Source: Histomonas meleagridis 2922-C6/04-290x (Eukaryota; Protista; Parabasalia). From it: a stretch of 64,000 nucleotides of DNA. The notes under the pieces are model-generated. The model was not told the DNA's origin. It was given only the letters and a program-made list of their open reading frames with translations, and did not search any database. Below are positions 52,144 to 63,368 of the stretch, in pieces. The DNA is taken from assembly GCA_020184695.1 (NCBI GenBank), contig JAANOX010000235.1, forward strand, positions 62,001 through 126,000, given 5' to 3'. The stretch's first letter is position 1; every line of letters starts with the position of its first letter. Both the position numbers and the translations under genes were made by a program.

Positions 52144-52942
52144 ATGCTTAGTTATACTTCATTACTATCTGATTCAAGTTTATCTTCGCGCTTTCAATCA
52201 GGATTTACAGATAATATTAATCGTGAAGGTACAACTATTTTTTCAGTCACTGACAAATCTTCCAAAAACAGATATGCCATTAAACTTATTAGAAATATTA
52301 AAGTTGAAAATATTTTTAATGAAATCTTCATATTATCAAAAGTTTCACATACTAATATCATTAAATTCTTTAACATTTGGTTTGAACATAATTCACAAGA
52401 TGACATCTTTTCATTACATTCAAATGGAATTATGTTCTAAATTAACAATTATCGATTCATGTAAAAAAGATTCATTTCACGACAAACTTCAAAAATGCAT
52501 TATGGTAACAAAAGGTGATAAATATCTTCATGATAACAATATCATCCATCGTGATTTGAAGCCTGATATTATTATTATTATTGGAAACGATGGCCTTCTA
52601 AAAATCATTGATTTTGGCATTTCATCATTTCATATGCTAATAAATGATGATGCTATTGAATATGGAACAGTGCCTTATGATTCTCCTGAACATTATGAAA
52701 AGGAAAAGCTTAGTCCTAAAGTTGATATTTATAGTATTGGAATCATTTTCCTCGAAGTATTTGGGTCATTTAATACTCAAATGGAAAGAGCACAAACTAT
52801 AATGAAACTTAAGGAAAATGGCGAAATGAATATAAATATTGAAGAAAACTTAAAATCACTTATCAGGAAAATGACTAATAAGGATTCAAGCAAAAGACCA
52901 AACGCTGATGAGGTAATCAGTGCACTTGAGTCTTTGCTTTAA
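52144..52942 (+). pseudogene. Protein kinase (eIF2-alpha kinase/WEE-like), frameshifted
   Basis: YAIKLI, HTNIIKFFNIW, YIQMELC, YLHDNNIIHRDLKP, KIIDFG, GTVPYDSPE, KVDIYSIGII. 1-nt frameshift in TTTT near 52408; Gly-rich loop not recognisable. Confidence 0.75.
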
Positions 52943-53608
52943 AACAAACAAAACTACTAATTAATTAAAAAAAAAAATAAATAGTTATAACTAAAATATA
53001 AAAGCCAATTAATATATTGGAATCGTATATTTAAGTAAAAAACACATTATTTTAATTGTTTTTAATTGAAATTTAGCAAAAAAAAAGTTCTTTGGGCGAA
53101 TGTTGTTCATAAAATTAGTCTGGTTTAAGGTTATAAGTAAAAAATCTTCTCTCTGGAGAATATCATTGTTATACCTTCTCTAAAAATATAAATAGAATCA
53201 TTTTGTTATATAAAAAAACTAGAAAAAGAAAGATTCGAAGAACCTCAAGAACTTTTGTTTATAATGAGGAGAATTATTTCACACACTCCTATTGAAACTA
53301 TAACTTATTTAATGAGTACACACAAAGATGTAAAGAAGTCATCCAGAAAAAAGGTAGCTAAAATTAATAAACTAAACATAATTTCACATATTTTTGAATA
53401 TAAATTTATATTTATAATGAGTAGGATTCAAAACTTAACCGGACACCCTATATTTTCCCATAATCATAAGACATCATAATTACACATTTCTTCATGTTTA
53501 CCACCAATAACAAATTCTATTTCTATATCTAACACAAAAACAAATTTACATATAAAACATCATAAGTTAAAAAACAAATTCTAATTTAAATGATATTTAA
53601 AATATTAT

Positions 53609-54850
53609 TTATTTTCCTACCGCCAATCTATATAAGAGGTCACCTATCCAAACACAATTCAATAGCAAATAAATCACGATCAGCACCCAATGCCCCTTTG
53701 ATATATGATTTCTCAATCTAATCAACATTATTGCAGGTACCGACGTATGTAATGGGGACAAGAACATATACAAAACCTTTTGCACTATGTTATAAACTTG
53801 ATCATTAATTGTTGATAAGAAAATACTTACAATATAAAGCACAATACTAAAAGCAGCCCACATTAGTATTGGTATTTTACCTTCGCTTCCTGATAACATT
53901 ACCATTGACTTACAAGCAGCTGCTGTAGGTATTGGTAATGTACATATGAATGATAATGCCCATAAAATTAAGCCAATTTTTGTCGTAGGATTCGACGAAT
54001 CTGTTTCTAAAAAGAAATTAGAGACAACATTAGGTAATGCAATGTATTGGAAAAGGCCACTTAAGAAATTATATACACCAAAAACAATTAATGATGATAT
54101 AGTCGAATTTCTCATTCGCTCATAAGTAACACCTTTCATATTAGAATATGCAATGTTGATATAAGCAAAACAAAAATATGCAAAAGTATGATCACGTAAA
54201 CAATTCGTGAATTGGCTAAAGGATTTATAAAATGTAAGACCATAAAAATATGATGGTTTGGACTTGGAATTATAAATACTCCAATAAATACTAATAACAA
54301 ATGTACATAGAACCAAAATATATTTGACATCGGAATAAATGGCTAAAATTGAATCTTTGGTCGAAATTAATGTTGGTAAAAGAAGAATAAAACATGAGCA
54401 TAATGGAAAGATATATGGATCTGTGGCAATATCTGATGTGGTACCAATGAAACTACCAAGAAATCCGTTGAAAAATGTTCGCAAATATTTGATATTATCA
54501 TTTAAAACGGATATACAAGCTAAAATTATACAGACACTGATAGCCCAACTGAATGGATTGCCTGTTTTTGCCCACATTTTTTCTGGACATAATTCTTTGG
54601 TTTTTTTCATTACAAATAGAATCATGTAAATAGAAAAACTATAAAGAATAACACATACAACATTTGCAAGTAAAGGAATTAAAGCACCTCCATCATAGTA
54701 ACGAGTCATTGTTGCAGGTGAAATGCTTAATATTGAATTAAGAAAAATAAATGATGCTTGATAAATTGATATTGATGAAACAGAATTTGGCTTTAGAAGA
54801 ACAGTATCTTCATTTTCATTATTTAGGGAGTGGATCATACTTTGGAACAT
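53609..54850 (-). CDS. Amino-acid transporter (Aa_trans/AAAP family)
   Basis: ISIYQASFIFLNSILSISPATM and about 10 hydrophobic segments. HTFAYFCF parallels the family FAF.C motif. Confidence 0.8.
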   Translation of the reverse strand: MFQSMIHSLNNENEDTVLLKPNSVSSISIYQASFIFLNSILSISPATMTRYYDGGALIPLLANVVCVILYSFSIYMILFVMKKTKELCPEKMWAKTGNPFSWAISVCIILACISVLNDNIKYLRTFFNGFLGSFIGTTSDIATDPYIFPLCSCFILLLPTLISTKDSILAIYSDVKYILVLCTFVISIYWSIYNSKSKPSYFYGLTFYKSFSQFTNCLRDHTFAYFCFAYINIAYSNMKGVTYERMRNSTISSLIVFGVYNFLSGLFQYIALPNVVSNFFLETDSSNPTTKIGLILWALSFICTLPIPTAAACKSMVMLSGSEGKIPILMWAAFSIVLYIVSIFLSTINDQVYNIVQKVLYMFLSPLHTSVPAIMLIRLRNHISKGHWVLIVIYLLLNCVWIGDLLYRLAVGK

Positions 54851-54914
54851 TTTGTATCTTTTAAAACGAATCAATATTCAAAAAGTGGAAATCTACAGTT
54901 CCCAAAACTTTTCA

Positions 54915-55607
54915 ATGTTTTATACTAAAACTGTAATAAATCGAATGGCAGCCACAAGAATTTTCTGGGATGGTATATCAAAATTAAATGATCCAAAATT
55001 TGTACAAGACACCTCCAATTGGATTGAAAGTTTTATTAATACCCCAAATGATTTATTAATTCACATCAATTTTAATACAGATATTAATTTCTCTATTAAT
55101 CAAAATTACTCATGCTGTGTCTCATTTTCGTTTGCCCTTGATGAACAATATATTTTAGCAATACATATTTCTCCTATTTTTTCAAAATATCTTTTTTTTA
55201 CACCTCCATTCGACAAACTTAGAAAAGCCATCACAGATAAACAACACCGTATATTTTTTATATCAAAAGAAATCGCTGACGATTCGATATTGCTTTTTCA
55301 AAAGATGTTTAAATTTCATATTCCTAAAGCATTTATATTATATGAAACAACTAAAGAATGGGAAGAAGCATTTTATTCGACGTCAGCTATAGATAGGCTT
55401 CATGAACTTTTGGATCAAGTTGACATCAATAGGGATGAGATTAAAAATAGTATAAGAAAAGCTTCAACAAATTTGTCATCTCCACACCTCCTTCCCAGTG
55501 ATGAGAGATATCAACTTGTTTTAACTATAATCATACTTCACCAAATGATGTTTGCAATAAAGAACAATGAATTTATATCAAAAACAAGAATTCCAATTGG
55601 AATGTAA
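54915..55607 (+). CDS. Hypothetical protein
   Basis: ORF of about 230 aa from the first ATG, no recognised motif. Confidence 0.65.
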   Translation: MFYTKTVINRMAATRIFWDGISKLNDPKFVQDTSNWIESFINTPNDLLIHINFNTDINFSINQNYSCCVSFSFALDEQYILAIHISPIFSKYLFFTPPFDKLRKAITDKQHRIFFISKEIADDSILLFQKMFKFHIPKAFILYETTKEWEEAFYSTSAIDRLHELLDQVDINRDEIKNSIRKASTNLSSPHLLPSDERYQLVLTIIILHQMMFAIKNNEFISKTRIPIGM

Positions 55608-55829
55608 ATAACTTTAATAAATTATTTGTTGTGTTTTATAAAATTTATTTGAATATTAATTTTATGAGATTTAATGTCATCATCTTTTCAAAGGTAATAA
55701 AAGAAATTCTCAGTTTGTTTAGCAGAACCCCAAACAAAGTAAAAATTTATATCTATTAAAACAATACTGTTTTAGCTTTTATGTGTGTCTTTTGTATGCG
55801 ACCAAATATCGACAGAAAAATATTTTTAG

Positions 55830-56426
55830 ATGAATACCACCAAAATTGCTGATATTGAGATACCAGAAGAATTAACAAGAGCGCAAAAAGCAGAATTTTT
55901 CGTTTTAAAAAGAATGCTATCTAAGCTTGAAGGGCAATGGAATGAATTAATAGAAAATTCAAATCCTGAACAAATCCAATATAATCACATACTTGAAAAA
56001 GAATATGAAACAAAGTTTCAACAAATCGAAGCGCTTAGAGAGCTAAATCTTCAAATTGCAAAAAAGCAATACGAAGAAGAAAAAGCTAAAATTGAAGCAG
56101 ACTTTGAGGAAAACAAAAAAAATTTATTTAAACAAATCATCCACGGATACCATAGCTATTATGTTACAATAATGAACCACCTGAAAGAACTGATGGGTTC
56201 TGATTTTAATTCATTTTTATCAGCGAATGAAATTGATTTCCCTCAGATTCAAGAAAAAACAAGAGGAGAAAAGAAGCCAATGCATCAACCTGAAGAAGTC
56301 AAACTTGTGCTTACACATTATGATAGTGAAAAGCAAATTAAAAAGATTATCAGTTCAGCTGCAGAATCAAGAGCAGCCACAACAACAGAATCCGATGGAG
56401 GCGAAAGTCATAGTCATAGTGAATAG
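55830..56426 (+). CDS. Coiled-coil protein (weak Sds3-like resemblance)
   Basis: IEALRELNLQIAKKQYEEEKAKIEADFEENKKNL heptads. Confidence 0.65.
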   Translation: MNTTKIADIEIPEELTRAQKAEFFVLKRMLSKLEGQWNELIENSNPEQIQYNHILEKEYETKFQQIEALRELNLQIAKKQYEEEKAKIEADFEENKKNLFKQIIHGYHSYYVTIMNHLKELMGSDFNSFLSANEIDFPQIQEKTRGEKKPMHQPEEVKLVLTHYDSEKQIKKIISSAAESRAATTTESDGGESHSHSE

Positions 56427-57154
56427 ATTATTAAAATTGTGTTTTGCAATACATAAAAAATAGCTAATTTATCAAAGAAATTAATTTTTATAAAATTTAC
56501 TCGTTTATTTTAATATATTTCCCAAAAAAATTATCCTATTGGAAAAATTCTTCAAACTAACGTCTTCTTCGAAAAGTGCTGGTAATTTTTTTTTATTTGT
56601 TTTTTTCATTTTTATTATTTAGTGTTATCGTATTTGTTTATTATAAGAGTAGTCACTCGAAAATATAAATCGCTAGCATTATACCAGTAAGACGTTACTG
56701 AATTTACATATTTGAATTTAAATTTATTGACTAAATTCAAGTAACACTTATAAATTTACATTTTCGCCATTAATAATATATTTTTCTTTTGATTGCAAGT
56801 TCTTAAAATTTACCATTATGGTGTCAGAATCAAATTCATTTTTTTTATAAGAATAAAAGTCCATGTTCAAAAGTCATTTTTCACGGGGGTTATTTGAATC
56901 AAAATTAATACGACATAACGATTTGCATTGAATTTGTAGACAATTCTTATTCAGCCATGATTCAAAAATTTCTATGTGGTTATACAACGATATTTTATGT
57001 CAAAAAATTATTCGGGTTTAATTGATATAATTACAAACATAAGTTTTCAACCAGTAACTCATCTCATTCATCACATAAATTGAAAGATAATGATTATCAT
57101 TTTCTTTGATAATTCTGATCGGATTTCTTCATGATCTCGTAAATAATAAGTGAG

Positions 57155-60100
57155 ATGATCTGCTTTTCAATCAATTATTGCGGTTATTCAGCAAAACAGA
57201 AAATGAGCTCGTACAACAAATTCTGTTCAACTGTTGCAAAATTTCAGATAAAAACGCCGGAAGAAATCATGTCTTTTAGCAGTTGTGCGGATAAAATTAC
57301 ACCAAGAGGCTTCAATCTTTATCAAGAATATATGATATTAACCAGAATAAAACCTGTGTTTAAAGAGATCTATGACATGATCCCTTTAACTGCAGGTGGT
57401 TCTCAACCAATGCTTCTTACAAATTATAACAAAATTAGTCAATTGTTGAACATTGTGAAAGGCTTAGTTGCTGAATCTGATAAAGTTTCTCCAAAAGAGC
57501 TTCAATGCCAAGGAGTCATAGCAGAAATCGAGACAAATATTTCTAAATTTGGAGAATATGTTCCACATCTTACATCTTCAATGGCACCTACATACCAGGC
57601 ATACATTCCACAACTTCAAGAATTCCTTCAGAACTCAATGGTTCTTATTGACAAAGCCATAGATTTGACATCCAAAAGTCAAGCTGATTCACTTAAGTCA
57701 TGTCCCCCAATTAACCTCGAGCAAATTCCAAATGCACATCTTGAAGTTGCCTTAGCGTCAACGCTTACGTCCTTAATGATAGATCTTATTTTTATTATTT
57801 CAGCTGAGCAAATCAAAGAGTCACAATATGCCACAAACATCAAAGAATGGATTGACCACATTACCAAATCAATTGTTGCTATTTTTGCCAACATTAATCA
57901 ACCATCACATATTATCATAAATAACATACGAGTTTTATCCTGGATCAAACCCTCCATAATCTCAATATTATCACTCATAGAATCCACATGTCCTAATATG
58001 GATGATTTTCTTTATGCATCAGTCCATGCTATTACACTTCAACAACTTTATTATACATTAGAAACTACAGACACAGTCAATTCCACAATCGAAATTGTAC
58101 GACAAATTGGTTTATCATATGCTAATAAGCAACAAATGAAGAATTTCATTCCATCATTAAAAGCAATATTAGCAATTGTTGGAACACGTATTGAAGAAGG
58201 AAGTTTCATATATAGTGGGAGTAGTATCAAAGCAACATATTCCACATTAATTGGTGTTATGGAAATCTTTGAGAAAGAGAGTTATGAATCACAAGCGATT
58301 ATAGCATATACAATATGTCGTCTTTATGCATTAACAATTGGAAGTTTTAATGGTGGCGACATGATATTATCAAAGATTTCCACTGAAATATCGGAAATAT
58401 TAAAGAAAATCTTTGAAGAAGAACTTAATTCGGTTGCATTAATCCAAAAGGCTTATTCAACAAATTTATCTTCATTTGATGAGAAAGTATTAGGACAATT
58501 AAGTTATCATGTATCACAACTTAATTCCATACAAAAGATTGATCCGTCATCGAATTTCTTTATCGAAACAATTCGTAGAGCTCATGATTCAATCGGATCA
58601 TTACCAATGGTAATATTACGAGTTATAGATAAATGTACAAATAATAAGATCCAAACCATATTTCAGAATGAACATAGTAACTTATTAACAAATGCAGAAT
58701 GTTTCACTAAATGGACATCCGAATTATTATTAACATTATCTACAAATGTACAATTAAGAGTAGAAGCAGCAAGTAATACATTATCATATTTACAAACACT
58801 TAAAATCGATTTACCAAATGGAATTCCGACAATATTATCAAATATTAATGGTTTAATGCAATCTACACCACAATATATCTTAATGGGCTTTTCTGATGTT
58901 AATAAGTTATTAGAGAACTTAAATATTATTCGACAAAATTCTACAGCAATTTTAACTAAGTTATCAGAATATGAACAAACAAAAATATATACATTATTAT
59001 CATTATTAGTTAAAGCATTTAAGATATATACAAGTGATTTTATCTCATGTGCAAATCAATTAACAAATTATATAATGTTTCAAGAAGTAGAAGATTTAGT
59101 TTCATCATTAACATCATTATCTACACAAATAGTACCAATGATTACTGAAGCAAGTATTAAATTTAAACAATCACAAGAATCATTTTATTATTTCTTTTCT
59201 AAACCTTATTCTGGTATTAATACGATATGTTCAATTATACAAAAATATCCAAACTTAGCAGGTACATTAATTAATTTCCCGACAACAGCTAAAACTATTT
59301 TAGAAGTAGTTTGGCCTATAGCTGCAGAAGTAGCACAAAAAATACCTACTGCAGATACTAATAACTTATTAATGTATACTAATACATTACCTAAGAAATT
59401 AACTGACTTATCAACAACATTATTAACTATGCCTCAACCACAAGAAAATGTTAATATTCCTGAAGAACTTCGAGAACTTACTAAGTTAGAACAAAGTTCA
59501 CAAAAGTTATCACCACAATTAAAATATTATGCGCAAATATTATTAGGTTGGGTTAAAGATGGAAAGACACAAAATGCTTTACCATTAGTTAAACAATGGT
59601 TTAAAGCAGTAATTAATCCTTCAAATGATTATAATGATGCATGTCAAAAGTTCCTTTTATCATTATGGAAATTATTATCGAAATCTTCAGATACTAATCA
59701 ATTTTTAGATTCATTTTGTTATTTCTCAGTATCTATGGGTAAACATGAAAATGCATTTGGTGAACAATATACAGAATTTGTAAAGAAAAGACATACGTCA
59801 ATATATAACTCAGTACATACATTATTAAATGGTGAAAAACATTTAACACGATTTGGATTAAAAGTTATATCAGATCTTGTACAAATAATGTCAATTAGTA
59901 CATATTCATCAATTAAATCAGAAGATATTCAAACGACATTAAAATCGGAATATATTAATGTAATATTAGCAATTAAAAAATATTCGGAAAATCATAAAAG
60001 TATTAAAGTTACAATAGCAGTAGTACAAAGTATTAATCAATTATTAACATTATTTTATATTGCAGAATTAAATAATCAATCAGAAAAATCATCAATTAAT

Positions 60101-62278
60101 AATGATACATTTAAACCTATACTTACTGCTATAATGAATAAGAAAGAAACACAAGAATTAACTACATCAATTATCTCAAAGATATCACAACGATTATGGG
60201 AATTATCACCAAATCTTTATACAAAATTAACAAAAATGACTGAAGCTGATATAGTATGTGATGAAATTTATGATCGAGTCGAAATATTTAGATCAGTTGG
60301 TAATAATATATTAAAACAATCAAATATTAAAGAAGCACAACAAGAAGAATTAATTAAATATTTAAAGTCTTATATAATATCATCATTAGAAGCAGGAGAA
60401 TTATCATATCATTCAATCCAATTAAGGAATCTTAAGAATACAACATTAACAAATTCATTTGTTGAAAGTTATTCAAAGATATTTTCAACACTTTATAACT
60501 TTTCATCAACTACTTTAACTATATTAACTAATACTGAATCACTTAATATGAAATTACGTATGCAAAATCGTTCAATAGCACGTGAATTAGATAATTTCAT
60601 TAATTATTCCGAAAATCCTCCAAAACCTGAATCACCAGAACCAGGATTTAAGACACTTATGCAAACATTATTTGTTACGTTATCTACATTAATGATTCAT
60701 ATTTCACGTACTATAATATCAGCTACTAAATCTATTGTAAATGAAATGTATGAACAAAAAGATAAAACTATCCAAACTGATTTAAATGAATCAATTAAAG
60801 AATTCGAAAATATTTCAACTACTATTCGTTCTAAAGCTTTTGGACCTTTAGCTATGGACTTTTCGACAAACATTGTACAAATTGATTCGACACTTAAACA
60901 ATTTGTTAATAATTCCATAAATTTAGACTTCAAAAATGAATTACCAGTAATAACATTATTACAACATATCCAAACTATAGGAGAATCATCATTACGATTA
61001 TGTCAAATAGCACCAACGATTATTGATAAATCAGTTGGACCAGATCAAATTAGTGCTGATAAGATACCGAATAAATTCGAGTTACCAATAATGCCCGAAA
61101 TTAATTTGATACCTATTGATGCATATCAAGAATTAATGGAAGAGAAGCCTACATATGAAGGATTAATTGATACATATAAGAAAACATTTAATAATACTGA
61201 AAGTCAAAATGAAGAACTTGTTGAAATCACATTAAAATTATTTAATGGGTCTAAAACATTTGTTAATTTATTATTACAAGTCGTTGTCTCAAGTTATGAT
61301 AAACATTTACAAATCCAATTACAAACAGAAATTCATACATATGTAACAAATATTAATAATATATTACAATCGACAAAAGATTTCTTATTACGTAAATCGA
61401 ATTATGAAGAAAACCTTAATGAATCAATTGAAGTCTTTGTCACACAAATACCAAAATTAATATCATTAGCAGAACAAATCTCTAAAGTAGAAGAACCAGC
61501 AAATAATAATGAAGTTGATGAAGAAGAAAAAGATGAAGTTACACGAGAACTTGCAGCTACATCACGTGCAATTGAAGAGATGACGACACGATTAGCGAAC
61601 TTTGGAAATCAAATTAACATTGAAGATAATGAAGATGATGAAGATAATTATCAAGAAGAAGAAGTTGGTGAAGATGTAAACATTGATGATTCAACTAATG
61701 ATACTGAACGAATCACAAACATTGAAGCAGAACAAGGTACATTACCAGCGTTTGTTATATCACATGCAACGCCAATATTACAAAACACTTCATTAATCCT
61801 AAAACGTGCACAAGAAATCACACAAAAAATTATCGAAAATGTTGGACATATACAAAATGAAAAATTAATTATTAAAGTTGCACAAGATTTATCGGAATCT
61901 GCAGAATTACTTTTGATCACTGCCGAAATATTAATACAAGGAACAGAGAAAGAAGCCGAATATAAAGTGGTGACTGCCGCAAAGATTATTAAGGCTTCGA
62001 TTTCATCATTGGTGACACAAGTGTTGGCAAACGGCGGAGATAGTGAAGGAATTATGAATAACTATGTAAGAAACGTGGCAATACATACAAATAAGATCAT
62101 TAGAAAGGCAACAAAGATTATTAAAGAAGGTTACGCAGTGGAAGAGGCAAAACAACCAAAGAGAGTCACCGCAAACGCAATGATCGGAAGATTGAATATC
62201 CAGAATAAGATTAACCAATACCAGAAATTGCTTTTGGATGAAGAGGCGCAACTTAAGCAATTTAGAAAGAGATTCTAA
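57155..62278 (+). CDS. Talin-rod-like helical-bundle protein with a C-terminal I/LWEQ actin-binding domain (likely start 57203)
   Basis: RELAATSRAIEEMTTRL, EKLIIKVAQDLSESAELLLITAEILIQG, YKVVTAAKIIKASISSLV and AMIGRLNIQNKINQYQKLLLDEEAQLKQFRK align by eye with talin R13 and the dimerisation helix. No FERM head seen. Confidence 0.7.
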   Translation: MICFSINYCGYSAKQKMSSYNKFCSTVAKFQIKTPEEIMSFSSCADKITPRGFNLYQEYMILTRIKPVFKEIYDMIPLTAGGSQPMLLTNYNKISQLLNIVKGLVAESDKVSPKELQCQGVIAEIETNISKFGEYVPHLTSSMAPTYQAYIPQLQEFLQNSMVLIDKAIDLTSKSQADSLKSCPPINLEQIPNAHLEVALASTLTSLMIDLIFIISAEQIKESQYATNIKEWIDHITKSIVAIFANINQPSHIIINNIRVLSWIKPSIISILSLIESTCPNMDDFLYASVHAITLQQLYYTLETTDTVNSTIEIVRQIGLSYANKQQMKNFIPSLKAILAIVGTRIEEGSFIYSGSSIKATYSTLIGVMEIFEKESYESQAIIAYTICRLYALTIGSFNGGDMILSKISTEISEILKKIFEEELNSVALIQKAYSTNLSSFDEKVLGQLSYHVSQLNSIQKIDPSSNFFIETIRRAHDSIGSLPMVILRVIDKCTNNKIQTIFQNEHSNLLTNAECFTKWTSELLLTLSTNVQLRVEAASNTLSYLQTLKIDLPNGIPTILSNINGLMQSTPQYILMGFSDVNKLLENLNIIRQNSTAILTKLSEYEQTKIYTLLSLLVKAFKIYTSDFISCANQLTNYIMFQEVEDLVSSLTSLSTQIVPMITEASIKFKQSQESFYYFFSKPYSGINTICSIIQKYPNLAGTLINFPTTAKTILEVVWPIAAEVAQKIPTADTNNLLMYTNTLPKKLTDLSTTLLTMPQPQENVNIPEELRELTKLEQSSQKLSPQLKYYAQILLGWVKDGKTQNALPLVKQWFKAVINPSNDYNDACQKFLLSLWKLLSKSSDTNQFLDSFCYFSVSMGKHENAFGEQYTEFVKKRHTSIYNSVHTLLNGEKHLTRFGLKVISDLVQIMSISTYSSIKSEDIQTTLKSEYINVILAIKKYSENHKSIKVTIAVVQSINQLLTLFYIAELNNQSEKSSINNDTFKPILTAIMNKKETQELTTSIISKISQRLWELSPNLYTKLTKMTEADIVCDEIYDRVEIFRSVGNNILKQSNIKEAQQEELIKYLKSYIISSLEAGELSYHSIQLRNLKNTTLTNSFVESYSKIFSTLYNFSSTTLTILTNTESLNMKLRMQNRSIARELDNFINYSENPPKPESPEPGFKTLMQTLFVTLSTLMIHISRTIISATKSIVNEMYEQKDKTIQTDLNESIKEFENISTTIRSKAFGPLAMDFSTNIVQIDSTLKQFVNNSINLDFKNELPVITLLQHIQTIGESSLRLCQIAPTIIDKSVGPDQISADKIPNKFELPIMPEINLIPIDAYQELMEEKPTYEGLIDTYKKTFNNTESQNEELVEITLKLFNGSKTFVNLLLQVVVSSYDKHLQIQLQTEIHTYVTNINNILQSTKDFLLRKSNYEENLNESIEVFVTQIPKLISLAEQISKVEEPANNNEVDEEEKDEVTRELAATSRAIEEMTTRLANFGNQINIEDNEDDEDNYQEEEVGEDVNIDDSTNDTERITNIEAEQGTLPAFVISHATPILQNTSLILKRAQEITQKIIENVGHIQNEKLIIKVAQDLSESAELLLITAEILIQGTEKEAEYKVVTAAKIIKASISSLVTQVLANGGDSEGIMNNYVRNVAIHTNKIIRKATKIIKEGYAVEEAKQPKRVTANAMIGRLNIQNKINQYQKLLLDEEAQLKQFRKRF

Positions 62279-62392
62279 AAGTTACCTCGCAATCATTAAT
62301 CTGTTTTCTTTTTGATTTTTTTTGTTTTACTTCTTTCTGCTGTATCTTAAACTACTGAAATAAATAAATAATCCGAAATAAGATTCAGGAAT

Positions 62393-62686
62393 ATGCTTCG
62401 GTATACGTCTTTTGAGGATATGGTTTCTTTAGAGAGCTTTAAAAAGATAACTTCTATTAGATTTCAATTTGTTGATTATAAGAAAGGTAAAAGAGTTGGT
62501 GGAGGATTCTTTCCTTATATTAATATTACTGATATTGATTTAACAAGATATGGAATTTTTAATAATACAAATGATCCTTTAATAAATGAACCTTGCATAG
62601 TTAAATCATTTAAAAGTATTTCCACGCAAATAACTTGCTGGAATGATATCTTTATAAGGTTTTTTACCAGTAATTTTATTAAATAA
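62393..62686 (+). mobile_element. Possible Maverick/Polinton DNA polymerase B N-terminal fragment
   Basis: GGGFFPYINITDIDLTRYGIF..NEPCIVKSF resembles, from memory, the FFPY.N...DL.RYQI..NC motif of protist Polinton polB. Truncated, and no terminal repeats seen. Confidence 0.35.
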
Positions 62687-62750
62687 TAAAATTTTATTAA
62701 ATAATACTGTATATTTGTTAGCTTTTTTATTATGATCAATAAATGTTGCT

Positions 62751-63023
62751 TTATTTTTGAAAAAAAGCTACTGTAGTATTATCTATTATCGAAGTAATCT
62801 TTCCAATAATCATGCTATTTATTTTTGTTGTTAAGACAGTATCATCATCTAAAATACTACCATCATATAATATTATATCACCATATTCATTATATGATAT
62901 TCCTGTTAATTTATTATGAATATCAGTTAAATTATCATTCGATAAATATTGATCATGAGTATGATTTGTTAATGAAAAGATTGTTGTCAACAGGTATCTT
63001 TTGATATGTCTATCGTTTGTCAA
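62751..63023 (-). pseudogene. Short ORF remnant converging on the polB-like fragment
   Basis: 90-codon open stretch with Asp/Asn/Ile-rich composition; identity unknown. Confidence 0.25.
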
Positions 63024-63368
63024 CAGATTTTTGGTGCCAAAAATGTTCCCGAACAGTAACTATTATGAAGCAATTCTAATGAAAATGAATAGTGTTTAAA
63101 ATGTACAAATTGAAAAAATACATTTGAATAAAATTAACAGATGAACAATGATGCTTGTACTTTAAATTACTTTAAAATGTCATAAAGTAATCTTCTTTAT
63201 CATCATTTCATAGCTATGAAATAAAAAATAAACTTAAAAATAAGCTGATTTTTGATACCATAAAGTGATAACCTTTTAAGATTTGGAATGTAATACATTT
63301 AAGTCGAATAAATTTTACGCTGACATCCAAACCTTGATGATGATTAACAAAAAAATTTAAATAAATAT

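Noticed and set aside
52400-52415. 17-nt inserts as the cause of the kinase, HSP70 and BspA frameshifts
   Set aside because: These are 1-2 nt indels, mostly in homopolymers, or a deletion. No extra 17-nt sequence is present.
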